A DNA stretch of 64,000 bases, from contig NC_087392.1 in assembly GCF_963675165.1 (NCBI RefSeq), forward strand, positions 78,022 to 142,021. Reading direction: 5' to 3'. The first letter of the stretch is position 1; each line of letters begins with the position of its first letter. The DNA comes from Halichondria panicea (taxonomy: Eukaryota). Under the pieces are notes generated by a model that was not told the origin of the DNA, searched no databases, and was given only the letters and a program-made list of their open reading frames with translations. Both the position numbers and the translations under genes were made by a program. Positions 43,520-54,763 of this stretch are shown here, in pieces.

Positions 43520-44064
43520 ACAAACTTTCTAATAATAATGATTAGTGAACAATGATAAATTAACAATTTAATTTGTAGCTTTAGTTATTCATGCATGCTT
43601 TGTGTGTGTATGCTTTGTGTACGCTTGAAACTTTTCATTGCATGCCTGCCAACATGACTGTAGGACGATAATTACTGCGCATGCGCATGCACTTTGCCAT
43701 ACATGTCTACAGCTACTGCCGGATAATAATTATTGTGCTTTCTGTACATGTACAATTCTACGCAGCTAGTATAAAGTTGTCCAACACTCTGTATAAACCA
43801 TGGTACACTTATTTTGCATGCCTAACAATTATCTACATGTAGATGTAGGTCTACACAACATAATTTTCTTGTAATGCTGTAGCTTTGAAAGCTGCTTTCT
43901 TATGCACTAGCCTATAAGCTTTTAAACTGTAATATGATAAGTTTCATAGAATAATATCTGTCAAAATACATGTAATGGGTAGGTGTTGAATGTGGGGGAA
44001 TGAAAACAGGATCTGCAGTATTGGCTCTCGTTAATCCGGCCACCCTTGGGACAGTGCAGCTTGG

Positions 44065-44215
44065 CCGGAATAGCGAGGTAGTCTAGTGCAGCTTGGCCAG
44101 AATAGCGAGGTAGTCTAGTGCAGCTTGGCCGGAATAGCGAGGTAGTCTAGTGCAGCTTGGCCGGAATAGCGAGGTAGTCTGGCCGGAATAGCGAGGTAGT
44201 CTAGCCGCATTTCTA
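44065..44215. repeat. Roughly 32-bp tandem repeat x4 (ggccggaatagcgaggtagtctagtgcagctt)
   Basis: Direct sequence, intergenic. Confidence 0.9.
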
Positions 44216-44461
44216 TATTATAAGTGATATGGCCATATTGTTGCTCATGCATCACAGAGCTATCATTGCAGAAAACTGTTGTACAACACACACACCAACT
44301 ACAACGTATCAGTGAATACGTGTACCCAAAATAAAATAACTAATAATTAGCGTCTAAAAAATATATGTAGAGTCTGTCTGTGTCTAAAAAAAACTTTCTA
44401 GTGACTAGCTATATATAATTATACCAAGTAACTATACAGTCCGGTTCTTTGGGTATGCGAT

Positions 44462-46433
44462 TCAGATTCGAATACGACGTATCATTCTTTGCACAGTGAG
44501 CACTAATCTTGACACTCGCTGCTTTGATATTAACACACTCCTCTTACGCACTCTCATAGAGCAGTCCACAATGTAGTACAAGCTCAAACCAACTGCTCCA
44601 AATGAAACTAGTTCAGTAGCTGAAAATGAACTCTTGAGATTGAGAGCTCGAAGAGTGGTCGCTGTACGCTCATGCACAAGATCACTGGCGGCAGCAGCTT
44701 GGAGCAAATCTTGATAGCCAGGGATGAGATCCTTGGAGGATGCTGCTGGGTGTGCCAAGAGGTAGGACAAGGCTCCATTAGCTCCACTTTGTGTCATGCC
44801 TGTCCCTCCAAGGCCTGCAGAAACAACTAAACCTGGAGCAAGTTTGTAGAATTGAACTTCATTTTTGGGATTGACAGATCGAGGACAACTATCGACTGAA
44901 AGGACATCAACAAAATGATCTTTGAAGAGTGCCCTGAGATGCTCCAGATTGTTGAGGGCGTAGGTAGCTGCTGCATATTCTGAGCCAAGGTTTCCACCTC
45001 CAGTTAGTTTACCCAGAGTGAGATCTTCTTGAGGAGAGTAGGCCACCTCCGTCCAGTGTGAGTTGTGAGCTCCAATGATTGCAATCTTTCCTTTCATGAG
45101 GAAATATCCAGAGCATCCTGCAGCTGTAGTTATGCTTGGCACAGGCGAAGATAGACCAAATTTCCACTTAACGAGAGAAATGATATTTCTTGGATAAGAC
45201 AAAATCCTGGCTGATGTAGCTTGTCGAGGCTGTTCAAATTCGTACACAGCAGAATAGCCAAGAGAGAGGACCACACTGGAGCATGGCTGATACCACTTCT
45301 TCCCTGTGTTGACACTCTGAAACAAAACTCCCCTGACTCCATTTTCATCGATGTACACACTGTCAACAGCCACCCCCTCACTCCAGGTGTTACCAGTTTT
45401 TTCCACAATGCTGCGGAGGGTGACATTCATGTCAGAACTGATACGACCATCTTCCGGATAAACAAAGGCTGTGAGATCACTGTCAATCTCTCCTGGCTCT
45501 CCCAATGCAGCGGAGATATCCGAAGGAGACATCTCTTTGGACGCAATTTGGTTAGTAATCACAAGATCTCTGTTTTCTTTCTGAACAAGTTGTGCCCCTT
45601 CTTTATCGAACTCGAGGTGGAGTGATTTTGACGGGCCAAGCTCAGTTTCTGTATCAACAAGCAGGGATGGTTTCCCACTAGGAGTGTGGCTAGTAAGACC
45701 GACACTCTCACCAACATCTTCTAGATATCGAAAAATAGGAACAGAGCATCTTGCATAATTCCTACTATGAGCCCAATCTGTGTTTGCAGGACTGATAGAA
45801 TCGATGATCACATTGCGGTAAGTGTGGTAAAAGGCACGGGAAAGAATACTTGCTGTGTTGAGGCAATTTGATGCACTTGAGAATATTCCCTTCAGGGATA
45901 AGTCGACTTTCAAATAGCTCAGCTTCCTTGCTTCAGCCTCAAGCCCCTTGTTAGATAACATCAGGCGATGCAAAAAATGGTAAAGAATGGTTGGAGGCCT
46001 CAACAAACTGTCATTGCTGACAGAGGTGCCTTTGGATACCGTATAAAAGTAGGAGCTAGATCGAGCATTGGAGTACTTGAAATCATAGGTGACAAACATG
46101 ACCTTTTGCTGTGGTCCTGAGAGAGTACTGTTCAAAGCTGCACCCATCATACTACCAGGTCCTCCAGCATACACAGCAAGGGAATTTTCATCAAATAAGC
46201 TATCATATTTTGTACCCTTGATGGAGCGAATTGTCACTCTTGTTTTAGGATGTTCTTCAGTGGAGCGATCAAACACATGATGGTTCTCACAGGCCTCTGG
46301 GAACAGTTGAAGTGCTTTCTGTCTAATTTCATGGTCTGGATTCACCCACTTCTTAGTGAGCTCGCTCTTCTTGTCTCGACAGATCAAGTCTGTGAGATAT
46401 CTGTCCAGAGAATCACCTCTCCCAGAGATCATC
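44462..46433 (-). CDS. Intronless 657-aa ORF, putative FAD-dependent oxidoreductase (DAO-superfamily-like); function uncertain
   Basis: This is a continuous ORF (true ATG at 46433-46431, downstream of the listed alternative start). It has an N-terminal dinucleotide-binding-like motif (LAVYAGGPGSMMGAALNS) and a C-terminal motif typical of FAD-dependent oxidoreductases (LAPGLVVSAGLGGTGMTQSGANGALSYLLA). No family-level match could be verified by eye. Confidence 0.45.
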
Positions 46434-46649
46434 CTAGGCACACACACACAACTATTTGTTACTGTAACAAATCTGTAATTAAACTGAGCAAACTTATGCC
46501 TTGAGCTATAATCTATTAGCTGTGGCTAGGACACCAACCTGGAAATTTCCAAAATAACAATAAACACAGTAGATAAGGAGGTATACACAGATAATGGGGG
46601 GTCTATAAAGTAATACAACAAAAGAATGCAAATTTTTACTTCCTCATGC

Positions 46650-46740
46650 TGCACAACTGCGCGTGCGCTTCACTGTGCTATATGACGTAGCCGCCCTCGA
46701 ATGTTAACTGTGATGAATGACGTAAAAGGCACACCCACTA
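46650..46740. promoter_or_regulatory. Promoter-like cluster upstream of the intronless ORF: NRF1-like palindrome ctgcgcgtgcgc (46658-46669) and two CRE-like TGACGTAG/TGACGTAA sites (46683-46690, 46727-46734)
   Basis: The motifs are read directly from the sequence, 210-300 bp upstream of ATG 46433. Their function is inferred. Confidence 0.3.
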
Positions 46741-47067
46741 TAAACAATTATAATGCCTGGTCAAATTCAGAAAATTAATAATTATTTATGCCACAAGAAA
46801 TAAAGTATTGACATACAATACAAATACACAAAACATGCTTAGCATGCAGACAATACATGTTATACACACACACAGCTAATAGTTCAAATAGTTCAATGAG
46901 AGTTCGACCTACTAAACAGTCGCTAAGGGGAACAGCAGCACCAAAATTGGAACAGGTGCAGAAATGAATACGTCACCCAATTATCCTCAGCAGAGGACAA
47001 ATCATTGCAGTTGCAATCACATAATCTTTTTAGATCAAAACAATCGAATTTCGCCCGGGACATTGGC

Positions 47068-50000
47068 TCAAGGCTGAGAGGGGTGCTGAGTACTTGAATT
47101 AGAGAGTACGTGGAAATCTGTCCGTGAGGAGTTCAAGTCAGGAGGGGGTCCCGGTTGGCCGAATATGACTGAGGCAGGAGGATAAGGCATCATCTGGTTC
47201 ATCGTGACAGGTACAGAGTTCGAGGAGTGGAGGGTAGACGGTGTGTACACAGGCTCTGTGTATCGTATAGATGGTTGAGAGGACTGCCCCTGAGGCTGTG
47301 CGTACTGCCCCTGAGGCTGTGCCCCCTGCTGGTAGTTAGCCACAATCTCTTCACCTCGTGGCTGTTCATTCGAGTGGACGAAATCGGCTCCTTCAAGAGG
47401 TTGTTGTAATACTCTCTCAAAAATCTCTTGAACAGGCGTCAACGTTTCCGGAGGGTTGGTTAGTGTACTGATCGAATTGGAATTGATAATTTCAGAAATA
47501 AATTCGGCAGGTGATTGAGTTACACTGTCAGAAACTTGAAAGGTGAGCGGTGTGGCATCAGCAGTTTGATCAGTCAGTGGGCGAGACTCGATGATGGGTT
47601 GCATGGGACGAGGTTTATCACTAAAGTCCGTAAGAATGTCATCACTGCTGGCTCGAGACGAGAGAGTTGACGACTGAGATACGAATTTGCTTCCAGCGCT
47701 GCCATTGCTCCCAGTGCTGCTTGCAGTCGAGGGATAGCTATGCAGAGCACGAGTATCAGGTGTGAGATATCCAGAGCTACCAGTGTGACTACCGAGAGGG
47801 TACGGAGGATCGGCCACCTCAACAACAATACAACCATCACCCTCGTTTCCAACTTGCTTCTCAACATCAGTAGCACCATTTCTCACAAAGCTTCCTCCGC
47901 CCCCTCCACCACGCCCACCACCTCCACCGGAGTAGCCACCCCCACCACCGCCACCCCAGGAGCCAGCACTACCTCCACCACCAAATCCACCGTTTCGACC
48001 GCCCTTGCCTCCACTGAGAAAACTATCAGCTGTTGACGCATTCTTCAATGCTCCGGCTCCACCATATCCCCAGGGTGGGCCAGTGAATTTAGCCAAGTCA
48101 GCATCTTCACCAGCCTCTCCGTTGCGACCACCTTTTGCGCTTTCAAGACCGAGACCATCCATTCCATCGACTTCAAGACTAGCATCAGAGCCGTTGTAGT
48201 CGCCATCGTCTCTTCCACGAGTTCCCCCACCTCCCCCGGCAACAATCAGTAGATTCTCCTGTATGTTGGGAAGAATGGAAAATGGAGGTAAAATTATGAC
48301 AACAAAGTGTGAGAACACAACAATAGTTACATGAATGAAAGCAAGATAAGGGATCAGAATACAAACATTTCCTTTAAATACAAATGTTTCAATAACTTGC
48401 CTGAGTGATGTCATTGAGTGCCACAAAGGAACCTCCCCCACCTCCAGAGCTGTACTCGTGTCGTTGAGACATACCCCCACACAGGAAGATGAGAATGTCG
48501 CCTTGCTTCAGAGAAAACGTGGCAGAAATAATAGCTCCCTTCCCTCCAGTTCGATTCTGGCCATCAGTAGCTTTAGCTCCTTGAACAGTGATTCGGTAGT
48601 GGGCACTCAGAGGTATACAGATGCGATGTATGCGTTTCGTATACTCAAACATCACAGGGAAATCGACACATTTTGCCTTGACTGATTCGCTCCACATACC
48701 CCAGCCAGCGTCGTTTTGGGAGCGCACTTTAAACCTGTATGTGTATCCGGGGCAGAGGAAATCGACGTACGTTTTCAATTCTGTTCCAGCCACTTTCTGG
48801 AACTGTGGCTCAGTCTGGGAGAACTTGAGCTGATCATGTGATCTCTTTAAAACAGTGCTGAGATATTTGTCAAGCTGCTCAAATTCGATTTCAAAATGCT
48901 TTGCTTCACAATTTTTGCCCGTTTCCCAAGAGAGAGAGAGGATGTTGTTTTTGTTAGGGGATGGATTAGCGTGTAACTCAGTGGGCGTCTGCCCCCCACA
49001 CACAGCACCCAGGGACGAAAGCTTTTGGACAACTTCTGGTGAGATTACTAACGGGATTTCATGGCTTGTGAGTGGATTGAGGAGACTGCGGTCCTCCGCG
49101 AGTATCAGCGTTTCCATATTGTCAGCGATGGAATGATAAGAGTTGAGGAAATCGTTGTCGTCAGCTGACGTGAGACTGCTGAGTGCATCGTGGGCTTTCT
49201 TGAATGACTCACTCGAGGCTTGGATGAGAACAAGTTGCTGCTCTAGACATCGGGTACGATCAGTATACTGCAAGGGGGAGCGATAAATGAATATCAATCA
49301 TTTATCAAGAGAGTTGATACATAAGGCTTTACAGTGCATACCACATTCCTTATTAGGCACACAGTAATATGCCACATTCATAGAGACAATACTGATATCA
49401 GGAATTCCCACTTCTTGGTAATCAATACAAGTACATCTGTACATACAGGGACAGGCCTTAGTGCAGGATGTGCTAACATCTGAGGACACACTGAAACCAC
49501 TCAATAACAGCTGTTCCCACACGCAAAGTGAACACACACACACACACAGTACCTCCTTATCCACTTGATTCAGTAGCTTTTGCTGTCGGGACTGTATTCG
49601 GCTGATAATCTCTGCAAACTGACTAGAAATGTTAGCTTTAGCAGTAGAAGCTGACGGTCCTAGCTGCTTGAGTATGGCATCAATATTAACTTTTGAGGCA
49701 GCTAAACTTCCGATGATGTTCCCTCCTGTCTGATACAGTCTCTGGACACTAGCACGCACCTTCTTGGCACATTCTGGAATCAGCTCGAAATGTTCAGATC
49801 GAAATATCCAATCAGATTGCACTTCACAAGCGTTGCAAGCAAACTCTTTGCGGCTCTCAGAGTAGTAGACTGCCCTTCTATCTCCGTGGCGATTACAGGG
49901 TACAAAGGTCATGAGTGCAGGGACTTGGTTGGCCTGGTAACGACGGTGGCGTTTAACAGGTCCAAAGTTGCGTTCGTGTTCCAATTTGTCACATTTCTCA

Positions 50001-50497
50001 CAGAACCTGTAGTGGAATCCAGGCTGGCAGTCAATGCATACCATGGTGGTGGGTTGCTCATGGCACACATCACAGAGGGGCTGCTGAGATACAGTGTCCT
50101 GACAATCACCACGTCGCGTTTGGAGGATCTCAAACAGAGCCACGTTGGGAGGTAGTTGAGTGATATCAGGGTGTCCTATCGGGTGTAGCTGAGCACATAC
50201 AGGACACTTGACCCCCCTGGCCATCATCATGTTTTGTAGACATCTGGTGCAGTGAGTGTGTCCACATCTCAATATCCGAGGGACATGGTTAAAGTCTTCT
50301 CCGTACTCCTCGTTGCAGATATCACACTCGAGAGTCTGTAGGACCTGTTGGTTCTACAGAGGCACGCACAGAACAGTATGATGATGTAACAGAGGATACC
50401 TTCACATTATAAATGAGAGTTATTTATAGCTAACGCCTATCTGTACAATACTAGGTAACCCTTCACTCACTGCAGGAGCGTCTTGTTCACCCGACAT
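47068..50497 (-). CDS. TRIM-like E3 ligase (RING, two B-box-like zinc fingers, coiled-coil, FN3) fused to an ALK/LTK-type TNF-like + glycine-rich (polyGly-II) domain, followed by a long S/T/Q/P-rich tail; paralog A
   Basis: Exons in plus coordinates: 50471-50497 (MSGEQDAPA, then a gtgagt donor); about 49554-50355 (NQQVLQTLECDICNEEYGEDFNHVPRILRCGHTHCTRCLQN..CPVC = RING; PLCDVCHEQPTTMVCIDCQPGFHYRFCEKCDKLEHE and ..FACNACE = B-boxes; coiled-coil); 48408-49297 (coiled-coil, FN3 ..YTYRFKVRSQNDAGWGMWSES.., then [61 protein letters not shown]); a GC-AG intron; 47068-48262 ([71 protein letters not shown].. then a low-complexity tail). The glycine-rich part aligns with the human ALK glycine-rich domain ([100 protein letters not shown]). 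Confidence 0.75.
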
Positions 50498-51015
50498 GTT
50501 CAACCAGTCCTGTAGGCTGGCCTGGAGTGCCTGACACGTACACAGGTGCAGTGGTCACTACAATCACTGATGTTCAATCTACAGAATGAAATTTGGGCAG
50601 TATTAATTTATTATTCAATGAAAAGCTTGATCTACACAAGCTAGGTCGATTATAGTCATACCTCTTAGCCAATGAAGAAGCTGGTCTCACAGACTAGTAC
50701 AGGAAAGATCGGGAAAGTGTCTGAGCACTCGATACATACACTACAGTATTGACATATCAAAAGGGTACTCCCCTAGCAAAGAGTCACGTGTGTTGAGTTA
50801 TTTTATTGTAAGAGACACGCCCTTTGATGAGACCTCAATGCGCATGCGTGTTGCTTTAGCCTATGAAAAAAAATTAGCGTAATGCCGTAGTCCTAGCCTC
50901 GATTCCAGGCCTTTGTTCTAGCGGCCTGGAATCGAGGCTAGTCAGACCACACTGGTAATAATCAACCACATTAATTATAATTATGGTATAAAGGCTAAAA
51001 TTGCTAAAATTGTGT

Positions 51016-54000
51016 TCACTGTCCTTCAGCTACATCTACAATAGTCACTGATCCGTGTCCAGAATTCCCGAGAGTGCGGTTTTGGTTCTCTCCATCTTCT
51101 GCGATGAATGATCCTCCGCCTCCTCCACCACGCCCACCACCACCTCCAGAGTAGCCGCCTCCACCGCCCCCTCCATACACGCCCACGGCACCACCTCCAC
51201 CAAATCCACCGCCTTGTCCAGCCTTCCCTCCGCTAATAAACGATTGAGATTTCAACGAGCTTGAGCTGAAGCCTGCTCCTCCAAAGCCCCAGCATGGAGC
51301 CGAGTAGTTTGCATCCTTTCCAGCCCCTCCCCCAGCCCCGCCCTCAGCCCATTGCTGTCCAAGACTGTCCAATCCCTCGTCACTCATCACGTTAGCATCT
51401 CTGCCGTCATAGTCATCAGAGTCATGTCCTCTTGTTCCACCCCCGCCCCCGGCAACAATGAGGCAGTGAGAGCGCTTCTGGAGTGATACAAACGTTCCTC
51501 CACCACCACCGGTGGAGGACAACACCTTCTCAGACATGCCACCACACAAGATGATCAGCTTGTCATATCTGCATGCACATGTAGGGGGGGGACAGCATTC
51601 ATTGATGATTACATGATGAGAAATCTAAGTTGACTAATAACCTAAATTGACACACAAGTTACGGGCGTCTACAGTTTATTGATTAGCAGGATATAATAAT
51701 ACTCACTTGGTTAGTTGGAAGGTGGCCTCAATGATTCCGCCACGCCCTCCTTTCCTCACATCACCGTCAGCTGCTTTGGCCCCTCGAGCTGTGATGCGAT
51801 AGCGTCCAGTCCACGGTATCTCTAGCTCGACAATCTGCCCAGTGTACTCTATGGTCAGGGGAAACCCCGGCATCGCCCCCACAACAGGTTGACTCCAAAT
51901 ACCCCACCCGGCAATATTGAGTGAGCGAATACGGAAACCATATTTCTTCATAGGCATGATCCCACTGACGAGCGTCTGAGTAACCGTGGCTGGTATGGAA
52001 TCAATCGAACGTGGAAAGTTGTCCATGTATTTCGAGTAATCGCCAGTCACCATGGAAACGGGGTCGCTATCCTCCTCTTCGACGGGCGTGTATCGAATCT
52101 CGTACTTTTCAGCAGCATCCAGATGTGTTTGCTCCCACTTGAGCATAAGCAGGCCACAGTTAATCTCTGTGATCAGTCGAGAGGGCACTCTCCCCCCTCC
52201 AATACAGCCGAGGGTTTCAATAGTAGTGAGCAGGTCAGGGGGTAGGTAGACTGGGATCTCTCCAGTGGTGACAGCTGCTTGGTACAGAGGTAGGTCTTCA
52301 TCCATGAGTTGTGCTCGCATGCGGCTCAGAGTGTTCTCGGCTTGTTGTAGATGATTGTAGTCGGTCATCTGAAGGAGCCAGTTGCCACGGACAATTGCTG
52401 TGTCGGCATTCCCCTGAGCAAGCTCTAGGCTCTCTTGTTGCTCTAGCAGAGATTTCTTTTGAAAGTGGGCCTGTGAAAAATAGGTCAAGTGAAGTTCCAG
52501 TATAATTATTATCATATCCTTGTGTCGAAACTACTAGAATCGGCTCTGTAACTAGAGTTATGATGGTCCAAATTCAACGATTTTATGATTGTCTGAAAGC
52601 TTAGAAGGAGCTCTATCAGATTATATGCTCAAATCCCAAATTTGAAACGGGCCATATTTTCGGGAAAATACCATGGGCCATGGTATTTGTCGAAAACAGG
52701 CCAAAAATAGACTTCTGATTTTTTTAACACATTATCTGAAAGGTCTCTCTCTAAGCTTTCAGAAAATCACAAAATTAACATTATTGGACCAACTGAACTA
52801 AAGTTATGACCGTTCAAAAGTGCTCCATTCAACGCTAGATGTACATAATTATGCTGTATGCACACAATTAAACCACATTCACGCGTCATATACAACAGAA
52901 ATCATACCACCACAAACGAACGCCATGGTAATCATCACACACCTCTTGCTCAATGAGTCCTGTCACTTCAGCCAGCCTCTTCTTTAGAGCCATCTCCAAT
53001 GTGCTGAAGTCTACATTGACACGGTCCAAGGCTCGCATCTGAGGGGGGCAAGTCATGCATAATACAGAACTTGTTATATCCACACAAAATTCTAACTCAA
53101 GTTATAAGCACTCGCTATCAAAACAGGCCCATCAGAAAGATCTTCAAGGCTAATACCGTATATCTTCTAAGTTATCGGACAGCAAAAAATAATTATTTTG
53201 AAAATTGTCCGGGTATAATTGGAACAGATTTTTATAGAGCACGCGAAGTGTCCGAACAAAAAAGCAGCTGCATGCGAGCTAGCTAAGTTTAATAGAACAG
53301 GGTACGACTGAATAGTTGCACTAGCTATCTAAAACTAGCTACTCAAAGCTATCTAACTGCAGCACTCTAAGTCTTACTTGCCGTCTATGAATGTAACTCA
53401 ACTTTTCAAGGTATTGTCCGGATATTTAGAACAAATGTAATATTAAAGTACTGGAGTGTCCGTTGTATTAGAACAACGAAAATTGCCCAAGAGTGTCCGG
53501 GGTAATTAGAAGTGTCCGATAAATTAGAAGATATACGGTAGTACAACACCACCTGATAACACACAACGGTCATGCTTTTCCAATCTCTGATCTACAATGT
53601 CATGTAAATACAGTAGAACCTCGATTATCCGGCCCTCGATTATCCGGAACCTCGATTATCCGGCTTGGCAGTTTTCTTTTTAATCAGATTACATAATTCA
53701 GAAAATGGGCGTGTCCCTCAAATGCGCATGCGCGTTGCAGCTGTTACCATGGAGACATGCCTGCTTTTCTTTTGCGCATGCGCAGACAACATGTGGCACT
53801 GCTGTTCATCAATAAAGTGGGTGGATCAAGGCGTGGTTTATCTATTCGATTATCCGGCATATTCACTTATCCGGCCTGCTTCTGGAACCAAGGTGTCCGG
53901 ATAATCGAGGTTCTACTGTACATCGTTACATACGCCTTTCAAAGGGCTACAAAACACACATTGTAATGGTGGTGAAGTGTGCAGTCTCACCTTCTCCTGA

Positions 54001-54763
54001 TCGACTCTCTTGAGCAAAGAGTCTAGCTCAGTCCGTGTCTTGATGATGGCCTCCACCTTGTCTCGTATGAGCTGCATTAGACTGGGTACGTCATTGCGGA
54101 CTGCCTCCACCGCATCCTCTATAGGAATGTAGTGATCCTCATCAGAACACACACCACTGCGTTTGCACTGCTCACAAGCAAACTTGTTACTCTGAGGAAC
54201 AAACATATAATTAACACACTGGCATTTAGTAACAAGTAATGTTGAAACAATGAACGGACACTGGTAGCTATCACAACCTTAGAGGAGAAGAGGAGGCATG
54301 GTTGGTTAGGATGGTCGGGACACATTGGTACTGGAGTGTTGATACGAACAGCTCCTATGGCCTTTGGTTTGTGATCCTTGACTGGCCCAAACGGTCGACT
54401 GTGCTCCCTCTCACAGCACGAGGCACAGAACATAAACCCAGTGGGTAGACACTGGAAGCAGATGTGAGTAGCAAACTCCTTGCGGCAGTTTTGACAGATG
54501 GATTTCTGCGGAAGAGGTAGAGGATGGCGGACCGTCTTGTCTGGTTCTACTTTAATCGCCGCTACATAGTTCATGATGGTGATGTTGGGTACATGAGGGT
54601 CGTGTGTCACATGACTGCATTGCGGACAAGCCACACCCTCTATGTTGCTGCACTTGTTATCCAGACAGCTCTGACAGAATGTGTGGCCACAGCCGATGAG
54701 GAGTCGAGGTTGCCTCTCACCGCTGGTGGTGTACTCTTCCTTACACATGGGGCACACCAACAT
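51016..54763 (-). CDS. TRIM-like E3 ligase (RING, B-boxes, coiled-coil, FN3) fused to an ALK/LTK-type TNF-like + glycine-rich domain; paralog B, which ends right after the glycine-rich domain
   Basis: Exons in plus coordinates: about 54210-54770 (AAMLVCPMCKEEYTTSGERQPRLLIGCGHTFCQSCL..CPQC = RING; SICQNCRKEFATHICFQCLPTGFMFCASCCEREH = B-box); about 53913-54206 (SNKFACEQCKRSGVCSDEDHY.. coiled-coil); about 52890-53040 (coiled-coil); 51705-52470 (FN3 ..YEIRYTPVEEEDSD..KKYGFRIRSLNIAGWGIWSQP.. then YRITARGAKAADGDVRKGGRGGIIEATFQLTK); 51016-51565 ([129 protein letters not shown]). The 5-prime-most coding exon is not resolved, so the start is given as the Met inside the RING exon. Confidence 0.7.
52536..52850 (-). 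mobile_element. Inverted-orientation copy of the dispersed 300-bp repeat family, inside an intron of TRIM paralog B
   Basis: It is the reverse complement of the gattttctgaaagcttagaa..ggcccgtttcaaatttg..gaatttggaccat modules. Confidence 0.8.
53164..53548. mobile_element. MITE-like element (385 bp) with about 26-bp terminal inverted repeats (ccgtatatcttctaagttatcggaca / tgtccgataaattagaagatatacgg), flanked by a TA duplication (Tc1/mariner-type)
   Basis: The TIRs and flanking TA are read directly. The interior holds at least 5 tandem GTGTCCG(G)-n-ATTAGAA motifs. Confidence 0.65.
53611..53918. mobile_element. MITE-like element (308 bp) with a perfect 22-bp TIR (cagtagaacctcgattatccgg / ccggataatcgaggttctactg), flanked by TA; internal TCGATTATCCGG repeats and two GCGCATGCGC palindromes
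   Basis: TIRs are at 53611-53632 and 53897-53918, with TA at 53609-53610 and 53919-53920. The palindromes are at 53722-53733 and 53773-53784. Confidence 0.7.
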
